From positions 96,001-160,000 of the forward strand of contig JBFMAD010000008.1 in the NCBI GenBank assembly GCA_040755855.1: a DNA stretch of 64,000 nt. The letters are read 5' to 3'. The notes under the pieces were generated by a model. The model did not search any database and was not told the DNA's origin. It saw only the letters and a program-made list of their open reading frames with translations. Origin of the DNA: Planctomycetota bacterium. GTDB taxonomy: Bacteria > Planctomycetota > Brocadiia > JAADGH01. Positions 1 to 9,656 of this stretch are shown piece by piece. Made by a program: the position numbers and the translations under genes. The stretch's first letter is position 1. Each line of letters opens with the position of its first letter.

Positions 1-139
1 TGATCAGCCCATCGCCGCCGATGCCGAAGTGCCGGTCGCTCACGGCAACGGCAAGCTTCGCCGGGTCGGCGATGGTCTCCTCAAAACAATTCACATAGAC
101 GTAATCGTTGCCGATGCCGTGCATCTTGGTGAACTTCAT
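1..139 (-). CDS. dapF: Diaminopimelate epimerase, N-terminal part (runs off window start)
   Basis: Not in ORF track; manual translation [46 protein letters not shown] matches DapF N-terminus (KMHGxGND, DRxFGIGxDG); ATG overlaps glyS stop (ATGA). Confidence 0.93.
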   Translation of the reverse strand, partial: MKFTKMHGIGNDYVYVNCFEETIADPAKLAVAVSDRHFGIGGDGLI

Positions 140-2295
140 GGCTTCGCTCCGTCGCCGCTGATGACGATCTCGCCGAGGTCGGCGATGTGCTTCGCATACA
201 GCTCGTTGATTTCCTTGACCATGCGGATGCGGTTCTTTTTCACTTTCTCGTTTTCCACGTTCACGAAAACCTTGTCGAAGAACTCATGAACGGCCTTGGA
301 GAAGGCTGCGCAGTATTTTGCTGACGCCTCGTCATAACTACTTGTTCGGATTAAGCTAAGGATGTCTTCCCTGTTGCTCTTGAAGCACTGCCAAAGCGCC
401 CGCTCCTCGTTCTGCTCGAAGAGCGACTCGTCCACCGCCTCCGCCGCTTCGCCGATCTTGGCCACGTTGCCGCAACGCTGCACGAGAAACACAAGGTCGC
501 CCCACCGCTCGCTCTGCGATTCCTTGATGATGATATGCAGCCGATAGAAGAAATCCCGAACCTCATCGAAGTCGGCTTTGAGAACCGCTTTCACGATATC
601 ATGCCGGACGCCCTCGTCGATGCAAATCTGGTATACACGATCTGCAAAAAAGGACAGGAGCGCGTTCTCCACATTCTCCTTATCATTCACATCGAAGTTG
701 GCAATAGCTGCCCCGATTAGCTTTCTGAGGCTAAAGGTCACAAAAGGAACCTGCGAGACGTTCAGCATAGCCACAAGTTCCTCGGACTTCGCAACGGACA
801 ATGCCGCCAACGCCTGACGGCGTAGGGCAAATGGGTCTTGCGAACCAGACGGTCTCTTTCCCACAGAAAAACAAGCGGCCAGACTGTCGAGTTTGTCTGC
901 AAGACTTAAGATGTAGCCTGTCAGGACCTCCGGGAAACGGTCACCCATTGATCTCGGACGGTAATGCCCACGAATGCCCTTCCATATCTCTTCCGGCATC
1001 CCTTCCTCACGAGCGTATTCCCCGCCCATGATCCCCTGTAACGAGGGAAACTCCTTGACCATCTGGGTGACGAGATCACATTTACACAACCGCGCGGCGA
1101 TTCCAACTTGGTCAAGGTGGTGTGGCTGTGCGCCAAGTCCATTGGCAATATGTCGGGCCAAATTCTCAAGTCTCTTTGCCTTGTGATAATAGCTGGATTG
1201 TTCGCCGAGATCGCCAAGGAACTGGACGTCCTTCAGGGCATCGAGCCGGTCTTCGAGCTTCGTCTTCCGATCCTCGTCCCAGAAGAACCGCGCGTCGGCT
1301 AAGCGGGCGCGGAGGACGCGCTCGTTGCCGGCGCGGATGAGGTCTTCATGCCCTGCCCCGCGGTTCGCGACGGTGATGAACCGCGCCTCGAGTTTGCCGT
1401 CGGCGTTGCGCACGGGGAAGTAGCGCTGGTGCCCCATCATCGCCGCCTCGGTCACGGCGTCGGGGATTGCGAGGTATTCCTCGTCGAACGTTCCCTCCAT
1501 AGCCGATGGGTACTCCACAAGATTCATCACCTCGTCCAACAGGTCCTCGTGCTGGCATTCCTTTCGCCCATACCGGGCGAGGATCGTCTCGATCTGCGAG
1601 CGGATCATGGCCTTGCGCTCATCCATGTCCACGATGACGCACGCCTTCCGCAGCGCGTCCTTGTAGGCCTCGAAGTCGGCCGAGGCCAGCTCGATCTTGC
1701 CGGGGGCGAGGAAGGGATGGCCGTTCACGTCCCTGCCGCTCTCCACCCCGGCCACGGCGAACTTCACCACGTCGCTGCCCAGCAAGGCGGCAATCGTGCG
1801 GATGGGCCGGGCGAACGTGAACGTCCCGCCCTTCTCCTTGCTTCGCGGCGTCCAGACCATGGACTTCGGAAAGCCGATCTTGCCGATCATCTCGGGCAGG
1901 ATGCCTCGTAGGATTTCGACGGCCGATTTGCCCTTGACCTTCTTGACGGCGTAGCAGTAGGGACCCTTTTTCGTCTCTCGAACTTCGATTTGGTCCACGG
2001 GGATGCCCTGGCCCCTGGCGAATCCTTCGGCGGCCTTGGTTGGCTTCCCGTCGGGGCCGAAGGCCACCTTCGCCGGCGGGCCGGAGACCTCCTCGACGCG
2101 ATCCGGTTGGCGATCGGGGATGCCGGCCGCCCAGAGGACGAGCCGCCGCGGCGTGCCCGTCGCGCGGACCTCGCCCACGGCGACAGATGCACTTTTCAGC
2201 GCGTCGGCGAAGAGCGCCTTCATCTGTGTGAGCGCCGGCTCGATATACCCCGCCGGCACCTCTTCCGTTCCGATTTCCAATAGAAAGTCAGGCAT
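136..2295 (-). CDS. glyS: Glycine--tRNA ligase beta subunit
   Basis: 719 aa; [61 protein letters not shown] motifs. Confidence 0.97.
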   Translation of the reverse strand: MPDFLLEIGTEEVPAGYIEPALTQMKALFADALKSASVAVGEVRATGTPRRLVLWAAGIPDRQPDRVEEVSGPPAKVAFGPDGKPTKAAEGFARGQGIPVDQIEVRETKKGPYCYAVKKVKGKSAVEILRGILPEMIGKIGFPKSMVWTPRSKEKGGTFTFARPIRTIAALLGSDVVKFAVAGVESGRDVNGHPFLAPGKIELASADFEAYKDALRKACVIVDMDERKAMIRSQIETILARYGRKECQHEDLLDEVMNLVEYPSAMEGTFDEEYLAIPDAVTEAAMMGHQRYFPVRNADGKLEARFITVANRGAGHEDLIRAGNERVLRARLADARFFWDEDRKTKLEDRLDALKDVQFLGDLGEQSSYYHKAKRLENLARHIANGLGAQPHHLDQVGIAARLCKCDLVTQMVKEFPSLQGIMGGEYAREEGMPEEIWKGIRGHYRPRSMGDRFPEVLTGYILSLADKLDSLAACFSVGKRPSGSQDPFALRRQALAALSVAKSEELVAMLNVSQVPFVTFSLRKLIGAAIANFDVNDKENVENALLSFFADRVYQICIDEGVRHDIVKAVLKADFDEVRDFFYRLHIIIKESQSERWGDLVFLVQRCGNVAKIGEAAEAVDESLFEQNEERALWQCFKSNREDILSLIRTSSYDEASAKYCAAFSKAVHEFFDKVFVNVENEKVKKNRIRMVKEINELYAKHIADLGEIVISGDGAKP

Positions 2296-2325
2296 GATCT
2301 TCCTCTCCGTCTCGGAAAGTATTAC

Positions 2326-2354
2326 AAATTACCAAAGCCTCCGCGCGGAGTCAA
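2326..2354 (-). promoter_or_regulatory. Putative sigma70 promoter of glyS-dapF
   Basis: TTGACT-N17-TAATTT on minus strand about 30 bp upstream of glyS start. Confidence 0.5.
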
Positions 2355-2414
2355 CGCTTTTCGCTGCATTGCACCTGTGATGGAAGGCATTGCGCTTGTA
2401 AGGGCCGCCACACG

Positions 2415-2440
2415 TGGATTCCCGCTTTCGCGGGAATGAC
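2415..2440. repeat. GTCAT/ATGAC-family palindromic element (half copy)
   Basis: TGGATTCCCGCTTTCGCGGGAATGAC; near-identical to the right arm at 26280-26305. Confidence 0.75.
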
Positions 2441-2616
2441 GGGATGCCTGCCTCCAATGAACTCACTGAGGTATACCAGATCGAAAAAACCTCTTGTGCT
2501 CCGGTAAGGGATTTGGTAGGTTAATGGTTTCGTTTGTCTGAGCATGCGACGTGGGGCCGGGCGATAAGCATAGCACAACGAATCGAACGAATCGTAAGTA
2601 ATAGGAGGAGAAGAGG

Positions 2617-3834
2617 ATGGCCAAGGAGTCAGAAACTCCCCTGCTCGACGAACTCGAGAAGGGACCGTGGCCGAGCTTTGTCACGGACATGAAGCGCGCC
2701 GCCCAAAAGAGTCCCGCCGCCCGGGACCTCTTGCGGCAGCTCGAACAGTCCTACAAGGACAAGGTCGGCCACTGGAAGCACGGCGGCATCGTAGGCGTCA
2801 AGGGATACGGCGGCGGCGTGATCGGCCGCTACTCCGACAGTCCCGAGAAGTTCCCCGCCGTGCGGGAGTTCCACACCCTCCGCGTGAATCAGCCGAGCGG
2901 GTGGTTCTACACCACCGACGCCCTGCGGAAGCTGTGCGACGTGTGGGACAAGTACGGCAGCCAGCTGACCAACTTCCACGGCTCCACCGGCGACGTCATC
3001 CTCCTCGGCACCACAAGCGACTCGCTTCAGACATGCTTTGACGAACTTACCGCCATCGGCTTCGACCTCGGCGGGTCAGGCTCCGCGCTGCGGACGCCGA
3101 GCTGCTGCGTCGGCCCGGGGCGCTGCGAATGGTCCTGCATTGACACGCTGAACCTGTGCAACGACATCACGCATTCGTTTCAAGACGAGCTGCACCGGCC
3201 GATGTGGCCCTACAAATTCAAGATCAAGGTCTCCGGCTGCCCGAACGATTGCGTGGCGGCCATCGCCCGCGCCGACCTCTCGATCCTCGGCACGTGGCGC
3301 GATGACATCCGCATTGACCAGGAGGCCGTCGCCGAATACGCCGAAGCGGGCATGGATATCATGGAGGACGTCATCTTCAACTGCCCCACCAAGTGCATGA
3401 GATACGACAGCCAGAAGCGACGGATCACGATAGACAACAGCAACTGCAACCGCTGCATGCACTGCATCAATGTGATGACCAAGGCCCTCCGGCCCGGCAC
3501 GGAGCGGGGCGCGACGATCCTCATCGGCTCGAAGGCCCCCATCGTCCAGGGCGCGCTGATGTCGTGGGTGATCGTCCCCTTCATGGAAATGGAACCCCCA
3601 TACGAGGAATTGAAAGAACTCCTCGGAAAAATCTGGGAGTGGTGGGACGAGAACGCCAAGATGCGCGAGCGCATCGGCGAGCTCATCAACCGCCTCGGGA
3701 TGCGGGCTTTCCTGAAGGCGATCGAACTGCCGGCTGTGCCGCAGATGGTCAAGCACCCGCGCGAAAATCCGTTCTACTTCTGGGACCCCGAAGACGTCGA
3801 GAAATCTGTTCGAGAGCAGAAAGGAGGGAAGTAA
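2617..3834 (+). CDS. dsrA: Dissimilatory sulfite reductase alpha subunit (reductive bacterial type)
   Basis: [37 protein letters not shown], siroheme/[4Fe-4S] motifs CVGPGRC and GCPNDC, ferredoxin CNRCMHC; RBS AGGAGG. Confidence 0.98.
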   Translation: MAKESETPLLDELEKGPWPSFVTDMKRAAQKSPAARDLLRQLEQSYKDKVGHWKHGGIVGVKGYGGGVIGRYSDSPEKFPAVREFHTLRVNQPSGWFYTTDALRKLCDVWDKYGSQLTNFHGSTGDVILLGTTSDSLQTCFDELTAIGFDLGGSGSALRTPSCCVGPGRCEWSCIDTLNLCNDITHSFQDELHRPMWPYKFKIKVSGCPNDCVAAIARADLSILGTWRDDIRIDQEAVAEYAEAGMDIMEDVIFNCPTKCMRYDSQKRRITIDNSNCNRCMHCINVMTKALRPGTERGATILIGSKAPIVQGALMSWVIVPFMEMEPPYEELKELLGKIWEWWDENAKMRERIGELINRLGMRAFLKAIELPAVPQMVKHPRENPFYFWDPEDVEKSVREQKGGK

Positions 3835-3835
3835 C

Positions 3836-4900
3836 ATGCCTACGGATATCGGCCCTCCCGATTACAACAATTTCCTCCCGCCGGTCATCAAGAAAAACTA
3901 CGGCCAATGGAAGTACCACGAAATCCTCGAACCCGGCGTGCTGAGGCACGTGGCCGAGAGCGGCGACGAACTCTACACCGTCCGCGCCGGGTCGGGGCGA
4001 CTGGTTAGCACAGACTACATCCGCGACGTATGCGAGATCGCCGACAAGTACTGCGGCGGCCACCTGCGCTTCACCAGCCGGCACAACATCGAGTTCCTCC
4101 TGACGGACAAGGGCAAGGTTGCGCCCCTGAAAAAGGAACTCCAGGAAAAGGGCTGGCCTGTGGGCGGCACCGGGCGCTCGATCACGAGCATCGTCCACAC
4201 CCAGGGATGGATTCACTGCCACACCCCGGCGACCGACGCATCGGGAATCGTCAAGGCCGTAATGGACGAGCTGTTCGACTACTTCGGCAGCATGACGCTG
4301 CCGAACCAACTGCGCATCGCCCTGGCGTGCTGCCTGAACATGTGCGGCGCGGTGCACTGCTCCGACATCGCCATCCTCGGCATCCACCGCCTGCCGCCGA
4401 AGGTGGACAGCGAGCGCGTGGGCAAGGTGTGCGAAGTGCCCTCCACCGTGGCCGCCTGCCCCACAGGCGCCATCCGCGGGAACATGAAGGAGAAGACCGT
4501 CCAGGTGAACAACGAACGGTGCATGTACTGCGGCAACTGCTACACCATGTGCCCGGCGATGCCGCTGGCCGATCCCGAGGGCGACGGCATCTCGATCTGG
4601 GTCGGCGGCAAGGTGTCGCACGCGCGCCACGAGCCGATGTTCAGCAAGCTGGTCGTCCCCTATCTGCCGAACACCCCGCCGCGCTGGCCGGAGACGGTCG
4701 AGGCGGTGAAGAAGATTGTCGAGGTCTATGCCAAAAACGCCCGAAAGTACGAGCGCGTCGGCGAGTGGTGTGAGCGGATCGGGTGGGAGAAGTTCTTCAG
4801 TCTGACAGGATTCCCCTTCCTGCCGCAGCACATTGACGACTTCACCGACGGCAAGGTGTCCAATTACAGCTTCCGGACGGCGGCGACGTTTAAGTTCTAA
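3836..4900 (+). CDS. dsrB: Dissimilatory sulfite reductase beta subunit
   Basis: [49 protein letters not shown]; 1 bp after dsrA. Confidence 0.98.
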   Translation: MPTDIGPPDYNNFLPPVIKKNYGQWKYHEILEPGVLRHVAESGDELYTVRAGSGRLVSTDYIRDVCEIADKYCGGHLRFTSRHNIEFLLTDKGKVAPLKKELQEKGWPVGGTGRSITSIVHTQGWIHCHTPATDASGIVKAVMDELFDYFGSMTLPNQLRIALACCLNMCGAVHCSDIAILGIHRLPPKVDSERVGKVCEVPSTVAACPTGAIRGNMKEKTVQVNNERCMYCGNCYTMCPAMPLADPEGDGISIWVGGKVSHARHEPMFSKLVVPYLPNTPPRWPETVEAVKKIVEVYAKNARKYERVGEWCERIGWEKFFSLTGFPFLPQHIDDFTDGKVSNYSFRTAATFKF

Positions 4901-4925
4901 GTGCGAATTGAGACGTGCGGCAAGA

Positions 4926-4957
4926 TCGGGGGAAGGCGTCTGTGCGCCTTCCCCCGA
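4926..4957 (+). terminator. Stem-loop after dsrB (terminator or mRNA-stabilising hairpin)
   Basis: Perfect 13-bp stem TCGGGGGAAGGCG/CGCCTTCCCCCGA, 6-nt loop; weak U-tract. Confidence 0.6.
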
Positions 4958-4967
4958 GTGCTTTCGC

Positions 4968-4997
4968 TTGACGGGGGAGATGGGGGGCGGGTATACT
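4968..4997 (+). promoter_or_regulatory. Putative sigma70 promoter of dsrN
   Basis: TTGACG-N18-TATACT, 31 bp upstream of dsrN ATG. Confidence 0.55.
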
Positions 4998-5028
4998 GTA
5001 TTTTTGACAGGCCTGATGGGCTTTACAC

Positions 5029-6441
5029 ATGCAGGGGTCGCGTCCACGGATGGTCCTGAGCGCCCTCCGGGGCAGCTCGGGCAAGACATTGTTGGCCCTC
5101 GGATTGCTCCGGGCGTGGCGCAATCTCGGTCGCTCGGTCGCGCCGTTCAAGAAGGGGCCGGACTACATTGACCCGGCCTGGCACTCGCTGGCCGCCGGGC
5201 GGGAGTGCCGGAACCTGGATACGTTCCTGATGGGGCGCGACGGGGCGGCGCAGTCCTTCATCCGGCATAGCGAGCCTGCCGCGCTGACGATCATCGAGGG
5301 CAACCGGGGGATCTTCGACGGCGTGGACGCCGAGGGGACGCACAGCACGGCGGAACTGGCCAAGCTGCTCGGCGCGCCGGTGGTCCTGGTCGCCGACTGC
5401 AGCAAGGTCACCCGAACCCTCGCGGCGATGATACGGGGGTGTCGTGATTTCGACCCCGAGATCGCCATCCGAGGAGTCATCCTGAACCAGGTCGCGGGCG
5501 GACGGCATGAGCGAATCCTGCGGACAACCGTCGAGCGCTACGCCGGCGTCCCGGTTCTGGGCGCTGTCCCGCGGGTGAGGGATGGGACGTTTCCCGAGCG
5601 GCACCTGGGTCTGCTCCCGCCGCAGGAACATCCCGACGCGGAGGCCGCCATCGAGGCCGCGGCGGCGATTGTGGCCCGCCATGTGGACTTAGACAGGCTC
5701 AGTGATATTGCGTGCAGCGCTCCACCGATGGAGTCGCCTGACATGCAGGCGGACGACGTTCCTGCCGAGCAGGGCGACCGGCCCCGCGTCGGCGTGGCGC
5801 GGGACTCCGCCTTCGGGTTTTATTACCCGGAGAACTTGGAGGCCCTCGCCGCAGCGGGGGCGGAGATGGTGATGGTGAGTCCTCTCAAGGACCGGGAGCT
5901 GCCGCCGCTCGATGCGCTGTACATCGGCGGGGGCTTCCCTGAGACCCATGCCGAGGCGCTCGCGGCGAACACCGGGTTCCGACAGGGCCTGATGGACGCC
6001 GTGGAGGACGGCCTGCCGGTGTATGCCGAGTGCGGGGGGCTGATGTACCTGGGGGAGCGTCTGGAGGCGAACGGCAGGACGTATCCGATGGTGGGCGCAT
6101 TGCCGGTCCGGTTTGGCGTCGAGGAGCAGATGCAGGGGCACGGCTACACGCGGCTGGAGGTGTCGGGCGAGAACCCCTACTTCCCCGTCGGGCGGGAACT
6201 GGCGGGGCATGAGTTCCACTACTCGCGCCCGTTGGAGTGGAAAGAGGGGGCGTTCGACCTGGTGTTTTCAGTAAAGCGCGGGCGGGGGTTCGACGCGAAG
6301 AAGGACGGCTTGTGTTACAGGAACGTCCTTGCGACGTACACCCATATCCATGCCTGCGGGACGCCGGATTGGGCGCCGGCGGTGGCGGCGCGCGCCCGCG
6401 AGCGGATGGGCGAGCGGTCGGTTGTGCGAGCCGTTTCTTGA
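5029..6441 (+). CDS. dsrN: Siroheme amidase DsrN (cobyrinate a,c-diamide synthase family)
   Basis: SGKT P-loop, FKKGPDYID, IEGNRG, YAECGG and HEFHYS glutamine amidotransferase motifs; context between dsrB and dsrC. Confidence 0.9.
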   Translation: MQGSRPRMVLSALRGSSGKTLLALGLLRAWRNLGRSVAPFKKGPDYIDPAWHSLAAGRECRNLDTFLMGRDGAAQSFIRHSEPAALTIIEGNRGIFDGVDAEGTHSTAELAKLLGAPVVLVADCSKVTRTLAAMIRGCRDFDPEIAIRGVILNQVAGGRHERILRTTVERYAGVPVLGAVPRVRDGTFPERHLGLLPPQEHPDAEAAIEAAAAIVARHVDLDRLSDIACSAPPMESPDMQADDVPAEQGDRPRVGVARDSAFGFYYPENLEALAAAGAEMVMVSPLKDRELPPLDALYIGGGFPETHAEALAANTGFRQGLMDAVEDGLPVYAECGGLMYLGERLEANGRTYPMVGALPVRFGVEEQMQGHGYTRLEVSGENPYFPVGRELAGHEFHYSRPLEWKEGAFDLVFSVKRGRGFDAKKDGLCYRNVLATYTHIHACGTPDWAPAVAARARERMGERSVVRAVS

Positions 6442-6462
6442 TAGAGACGAGAAGGCTTGGGG

Positions 6463-6612
6463 GTAGGACCTCAGTGACAGGGGATCGCGCGCGTCATGCT
6501 GAGCGAAGCGAAGCATCTCGACCCTTCGCAACGCTGAGATTCTTCCCCCGCCTTTGGCGGGGTCAGAATGACCTTCAGGAATGGATATGTCCCCCCGTGA
6601 CTGAGGCAGTAC
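6463..6612. mobile_element. About 150-bp MITE-like nested palindromic element, copy 1
   Basis: Core GTCATGCTGAGCGAAGCGAAGCATCTCGACC...AGAATGAC and flanks similar to 39916-40060; imperfect terminal inverted repeats. Confidence 0.7.
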
Positions 6613-6647
6613 ACTTGGAGGTCGTTTTCATTTGACAGGAGGAAAGG

Positions 6648-6965
6648 ATGGCTATCGTAGAACTGGGCGGCAAGCAGTGCGAGATTGACGAAGACGGATT
6701 CATTCAGGACCCCAACCTGTGGGACGAGGCGGTGGCGAAGGCGCTGGCGAAGACTGAGCACGTGGAGGAGATGTCGGAGGATCACTGGAAGCTGGTGAAT
6801 TACATTCGCGAGTACTACATCGAGTTCGGCATCGCCCCGATGATCCGAAAGCTCTGCAAGGAAACGGGCTTCAAGCTGAAGTATATCTACGAGATGTTCC
6901 CCAGCGGCCCGGCGAAGGGCGCGTGCAAGGTGGCCGGCCTGCCGAAGCCGACAGGCTGCGTGTGA
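6648..6965 (+). CDS. dsrC: Sulfur carrier protein DsrC
   Basis: 105 aa; DEDGFI, C-terminal PSGPAKGACKVAGLPKPTGCV with both conserved Cys (C-X10-C). Confidence 0.97.
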   Translation: MAIVELGGKQCEIDEDGFIQDPNLWDEAVAKALAKTEHVEEMSEDHWKLVNYIREYYIEFGIAPMIRKLCKETGFKLKYIYEMFPSGPAKGACKVAGLPKPTGCV

Positions 6966-6971
6966 TCGCTG

Positions 6972-7364
6972 ATGCAGCTCGTCAGCGTTGAGCACAAGGA
7001 TGGGGTTCAGTTCTCCGTGCGGATCGGGAAGCACGCCCTGACGATTGACCACCCGGCGGACGAGGGCGGGCAGGACGGCGGACCTTCGCCGCCGGAGCTG
7101 CTGGTCGCCGCGCTGGGCGGGTGCATGGGGTACTACATGGCGCGATACTGCCAGACGATCCACCAGGAGTGCAAGGGGTTGTGCATTGACCTCGTGCCCG
7201 AACTGAGCGAGGACGGGAAGCGCGTCCAGCGGATCACGATTGATGTGACCCCGCCGGACGGCTTCCCGGCGGAGCGCGTGAAGGCCCTGCTCCGCGCCGC
7301 CGACCAATGCGTCGTGCACAACACGCTGCGGCAGGCGCCGGAGATTGACATCGAGGTGGTGTAA
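6972..7364 (+). CDS. OsmC/Ohr (YhfA-like) family protein
   Basis: DHPADEGGQDGGPSPPELLVAALGGC and second Cys in QCVVHNTL; starts 6 bp after dsrC. Confidence 0.88.
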   Translation: MQLVSVEHKDGVQFSVRIGKHALTIDHPADEGGQDGGPSPPELLVAALGGCMGYYMARYCQTIHQECKGLCIDLVPELSEDGKRVQRITIDVTPPDGFPAERVKALLRAADQCVVHNTLRQAPEIDIEVV

Positions 7365-7365
7365 G

Positions 7366-7701
7366 ATGAGAATTAAGAAAGTCCCCAAGAGCATCGTGCC
7401 GATCCTCAGGGAGTTGAAGAAGAGGCTGCGGAGACTTTACGGCAACAGACTGAAGAACGTCGTGTTGCATGGGTCATACGCGCGGGGGGACTTCACAAGT
7501 GGCTCCGACATCGATGTCATTGTCGTGCTTGACGGATTGAGAAGCACCTGCCAGGAGATTAGCCGATGTTCGGATGCGCTCGGAGATTTGGAACTCGAAT
7601 TCGATGCTTTGATTTCCATCCTTCCGATTGATGCGGAGGACTTCGAGAAGAGAGAACTGCCGGTTCTTCTCACTGCAAGAAAAGAGGGCATCTCTGTTTG
7701 A
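7366..7701 (+). CDS. Minimal nucleotidyltransferase (MNT) antitoxin-like protein
   Basis: GSYARGDFTSGSDID = GS-X10-DXD motif; start placed at ATG 7366. Confidence 0.9.
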   Translation: MRIKKVPKSIVPILRELKKRLRRLYGNRLKNVVLHGSYARGDFTSGSDIDVIVVLDGLRSTCQEISRCSDALGDLELEFDALISILPIDAEDFEKRELPVLLTARKEGISV

Positions 7702-8108
7702 CACGGCAAAGCCACATCGCTGATTTGCTGGCAAAAGCAAGCAAGAGCCTTCGGGCTGCTGAGATCCTGCTGAAAGAGGATCTTCCTGACTTTGCGGCGA
7801 GCAGGGTATACTATTCGATGTTTTATGCCGTAGAGGCCCTGTTGTTGACCAAGGGGTTATCTTTCTCAAAACACGCGGGAGTGGTAAGCGCGTTTGGAAA
7901 GGAATTCGTTAAGACCGGCGAATTTCACCCGGAATTGCATCGGCAGCTTCGTGATGCCTTCCGATGGAGGCAGGCGGGAGACTATAGCGCCACGCCGGTG
8001 GTGACGAAGAAGGTGGCGCATCGGTTGATCGCACAAGCGAGCGAATTCATTCAGGCTATTGAAAAATACCTTAAACAACAGGGGCAAATGGGCGGGAAAA
8101 GCACTTGA
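7698..8108 (+). CDS. HEPN domain protein (UPF0332-like, R-X4-Y type)
   Basis: AASRVYYSMFYA, SKHAGVVSAFG, RQAGDY; overlaps MNT gene by 4 nt. Confidence 0.9.
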   Translation: MTRQSHIADLLAKASKSLRAAEILLKEDLPDFAASRVYYSMFYAVEALLLTKGLSFSKHAGVVSAFGKEFVKTGEFHPELHRQLRDAFRWRQAGDYSATPVVTKKVAHRLIAQASEFIQAIEKYLKQQGQMGGKST

Positions 8109-8136
8109 TGAAGATGGCGACCATTTGACCCGCAAG

Positions 8137-8661
8137 ATGATGATGCTGAAGAGTCTGCTGAACGAAAAGAAATCGTCCATTGTGGATAGATGGCTGGGCC
8201 ATATCCGGGCGACCTATGCCCCGGAGACTGCTGCGTTCCTCAACGGGAACAAGGACCGGTTCGCCAATCCCGTGGGCCACGCCCTGCGCACCGGGACGGC
8301 GGCGATCTTTGACGACCTGCTCAATGGCATGGACCCCGAGGCAGTTTGTCGGCATTTAGAGGGCATCATCAAGATCAGGGCCGTGCAGGACTTCACCCCC
8401 TCCCAGGCGGTCTCATTTGTCTTTCTCTTGAAGAAGGCCGTTCGGGCGGAGCTGGGGGAGGAGGCGGAGAGTTCACGCCTCGCCGCCGAGCTGACAGAAT
8501 TCGATGCGCAGGTTGACCAGGTCGCCCTGTTCGCATTCGACATTTTCGCGCGGTGCCGCGAGCAGGTGTATGCGCTACGGGTGAACGAGGCAAACCGAAG
8601 CGTCGCCGCCGTGATGAAGCGATTCAACTGCGCCGGTGATCCGCGAGGTGGCGGCCTGTGA
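8137..8661 (+). CDS. dsrT: DsrT (RsbRD N-terminal domain protein)
   Basis: DRFANPVG, IIKIRAVQDFTPSQAVSFVFLLK, CREQVYALRVNE; overlaps dsrM start; start chosen among tandem ATGs 8137-8143. Confidence 0.92.
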   Translation: MMMLKSLLNEKKSSIVDRWLGHIRATYAPETAAFLNGNKDRFANPVGHALRTGTAAIFDDLLNGMDPEAVCRHLEGIIKIRAVQDFTPSQAVSFVFLLKKAVRAELGEEAESSRLAAELTEFDAQVDQVALFAFDIFARCREQVYALRVNEANRSVAAVMKRFNCAGDPRGGGL

Positions 8662-9656
8662 ACGTCCTGATCTCCCTTGCCACAGTTGTGGTTCTCTTCC
8701 TGGCGGGACTGGTCGGCGCCGTTGTGGGACTCCAGGCGGTCTTTGGGATCGTCATCCCCTACCTCGCCGTCGCCCTCTTCCTCGGCGGCCTCGTCTATCA
8801 AGTGATGAAGTGGGCGGACATCCCCGTCCCCTTCCGCATCCCCACCACTTGCGGCCAGGCGAAATCGCTTCCGTGGATCAAGCGGTCGAGGCTGGAGAGT
8901 CCCTTTACCGCCCTCGATGTCGCGGGAAGGATGTTCCTCGAGGTGCTCGCCTTCCGTTCGCTTTTGCGAAATACCAGGGCCGAGCTACGTGAGGACGGCA
9001 GGCCGGTGTATGGAACCGCCCTCGGCCTCTGGGCGGGGGCGCTGGCGTTCCACTGGACAATGCTGGCCATCCTGGTCAGGCACCTCCGGTTCTTCACGCA
9101 GCCGGTCCCCTTCTTCATCACCTTTCTCCAAGAGGCGGACGGGGTCCTCGAGGTCGGCGCGCCGGTCTTCTTTGTCACATCGTTTGTCTTTCTCGCGGCG
9201 CTGGCCTACCTGCTCGCGCGCAGGCTGACTATCCCGCAGGTCCGCTACATCTCCCTGGCGAACGACTACTTCCCCCTGTTCCTCCTCCTCGGCATCGGCG
9301 TCAGCGGCGTGTGGCTGCGTCACCTGACCAAGACGGATATCACCGAGGTCAAGGAACTCGTCGTGGGGCTGGCGACGTTCCGGCCCTCGTTGATGGCGGC
9401 GAAGGGGATCGCGTCGCTGTTCTATGGACATCTCTTTCTCGTGTGCGTCCTGCTGGCATATTTCCCGTTCAGCAAGCTGCTCCACGCCCCCGGCGTGTTC
9501 CTCAGCCCGACGCGCAACCTGGCCAACAACAACCGCGCGGTCCGGCACGTGAACCCGTGGGACTACCCCGTCAAGACCCATTCCTATGCGGAATACGAGG
9601 ACGAATGGCGGGACAAGATGAAGGTAGCCGGCGTCCCGGTTGATAAGGACAAGTGA
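8658..9656 (+). CDS. dsrM: DsrM, membrane cytochrome b subunit
   Basis: PVPFRIPTTCGQ, FHW..RHLRFF, HL..YFPFSKLLH heme-b His, SPTRNLANNNRAVRHVNPW. Confidence 0.96.
   Translation: MNVLISLATVVVLFLAGLVGAVVGLQAVFGIVIPYLAVALFLGGLVYQVMKWADIPVPFRIPTTCGQAKSLPWIKRSRLESPFTALDVAGRMFLEVLAFRSLLRNTRAELREDGRPVYGTALGLWAGALAFHWTMLAILVRHLRFFTQPVPFFITFLQEADGVLEVGAPVFFVTSFVFLAALAYLLARRLTIPQVRYISLANDYFPLFLLLGIGVSGVWLRHLTKTDITEVKELVVGLATFRPSLMAAKGIASLFYGHLFLVCVLLAYFPFSKLLHAPGVFLSPTRNLANNNRAVRHVNPWDYPVKTHSYAEYEDEWRDKMKVAGVPVDKDK

Noticed and set aside
2526..2600. Possible riboswitch in the dsrA leader (weak stem, AACGAATCG tandem repeat)
   Set aside because: No recognisable riboswitch consensus and pairing is weak
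4833..5171. 112-aa ORF spanning the dsrB-dsrN gap as a possible dsrD
   Set aside because: Overlaps both genes, crosses the hairpin and promoter, and shows no resemblance to the Lys-rich winged-helix DsrD
5029..6441. Cobalamin biosynthesis cbiA/cobB
   Set aside because: No other cob/cbi genes; position between dsrB and dsrC indicates dsrN
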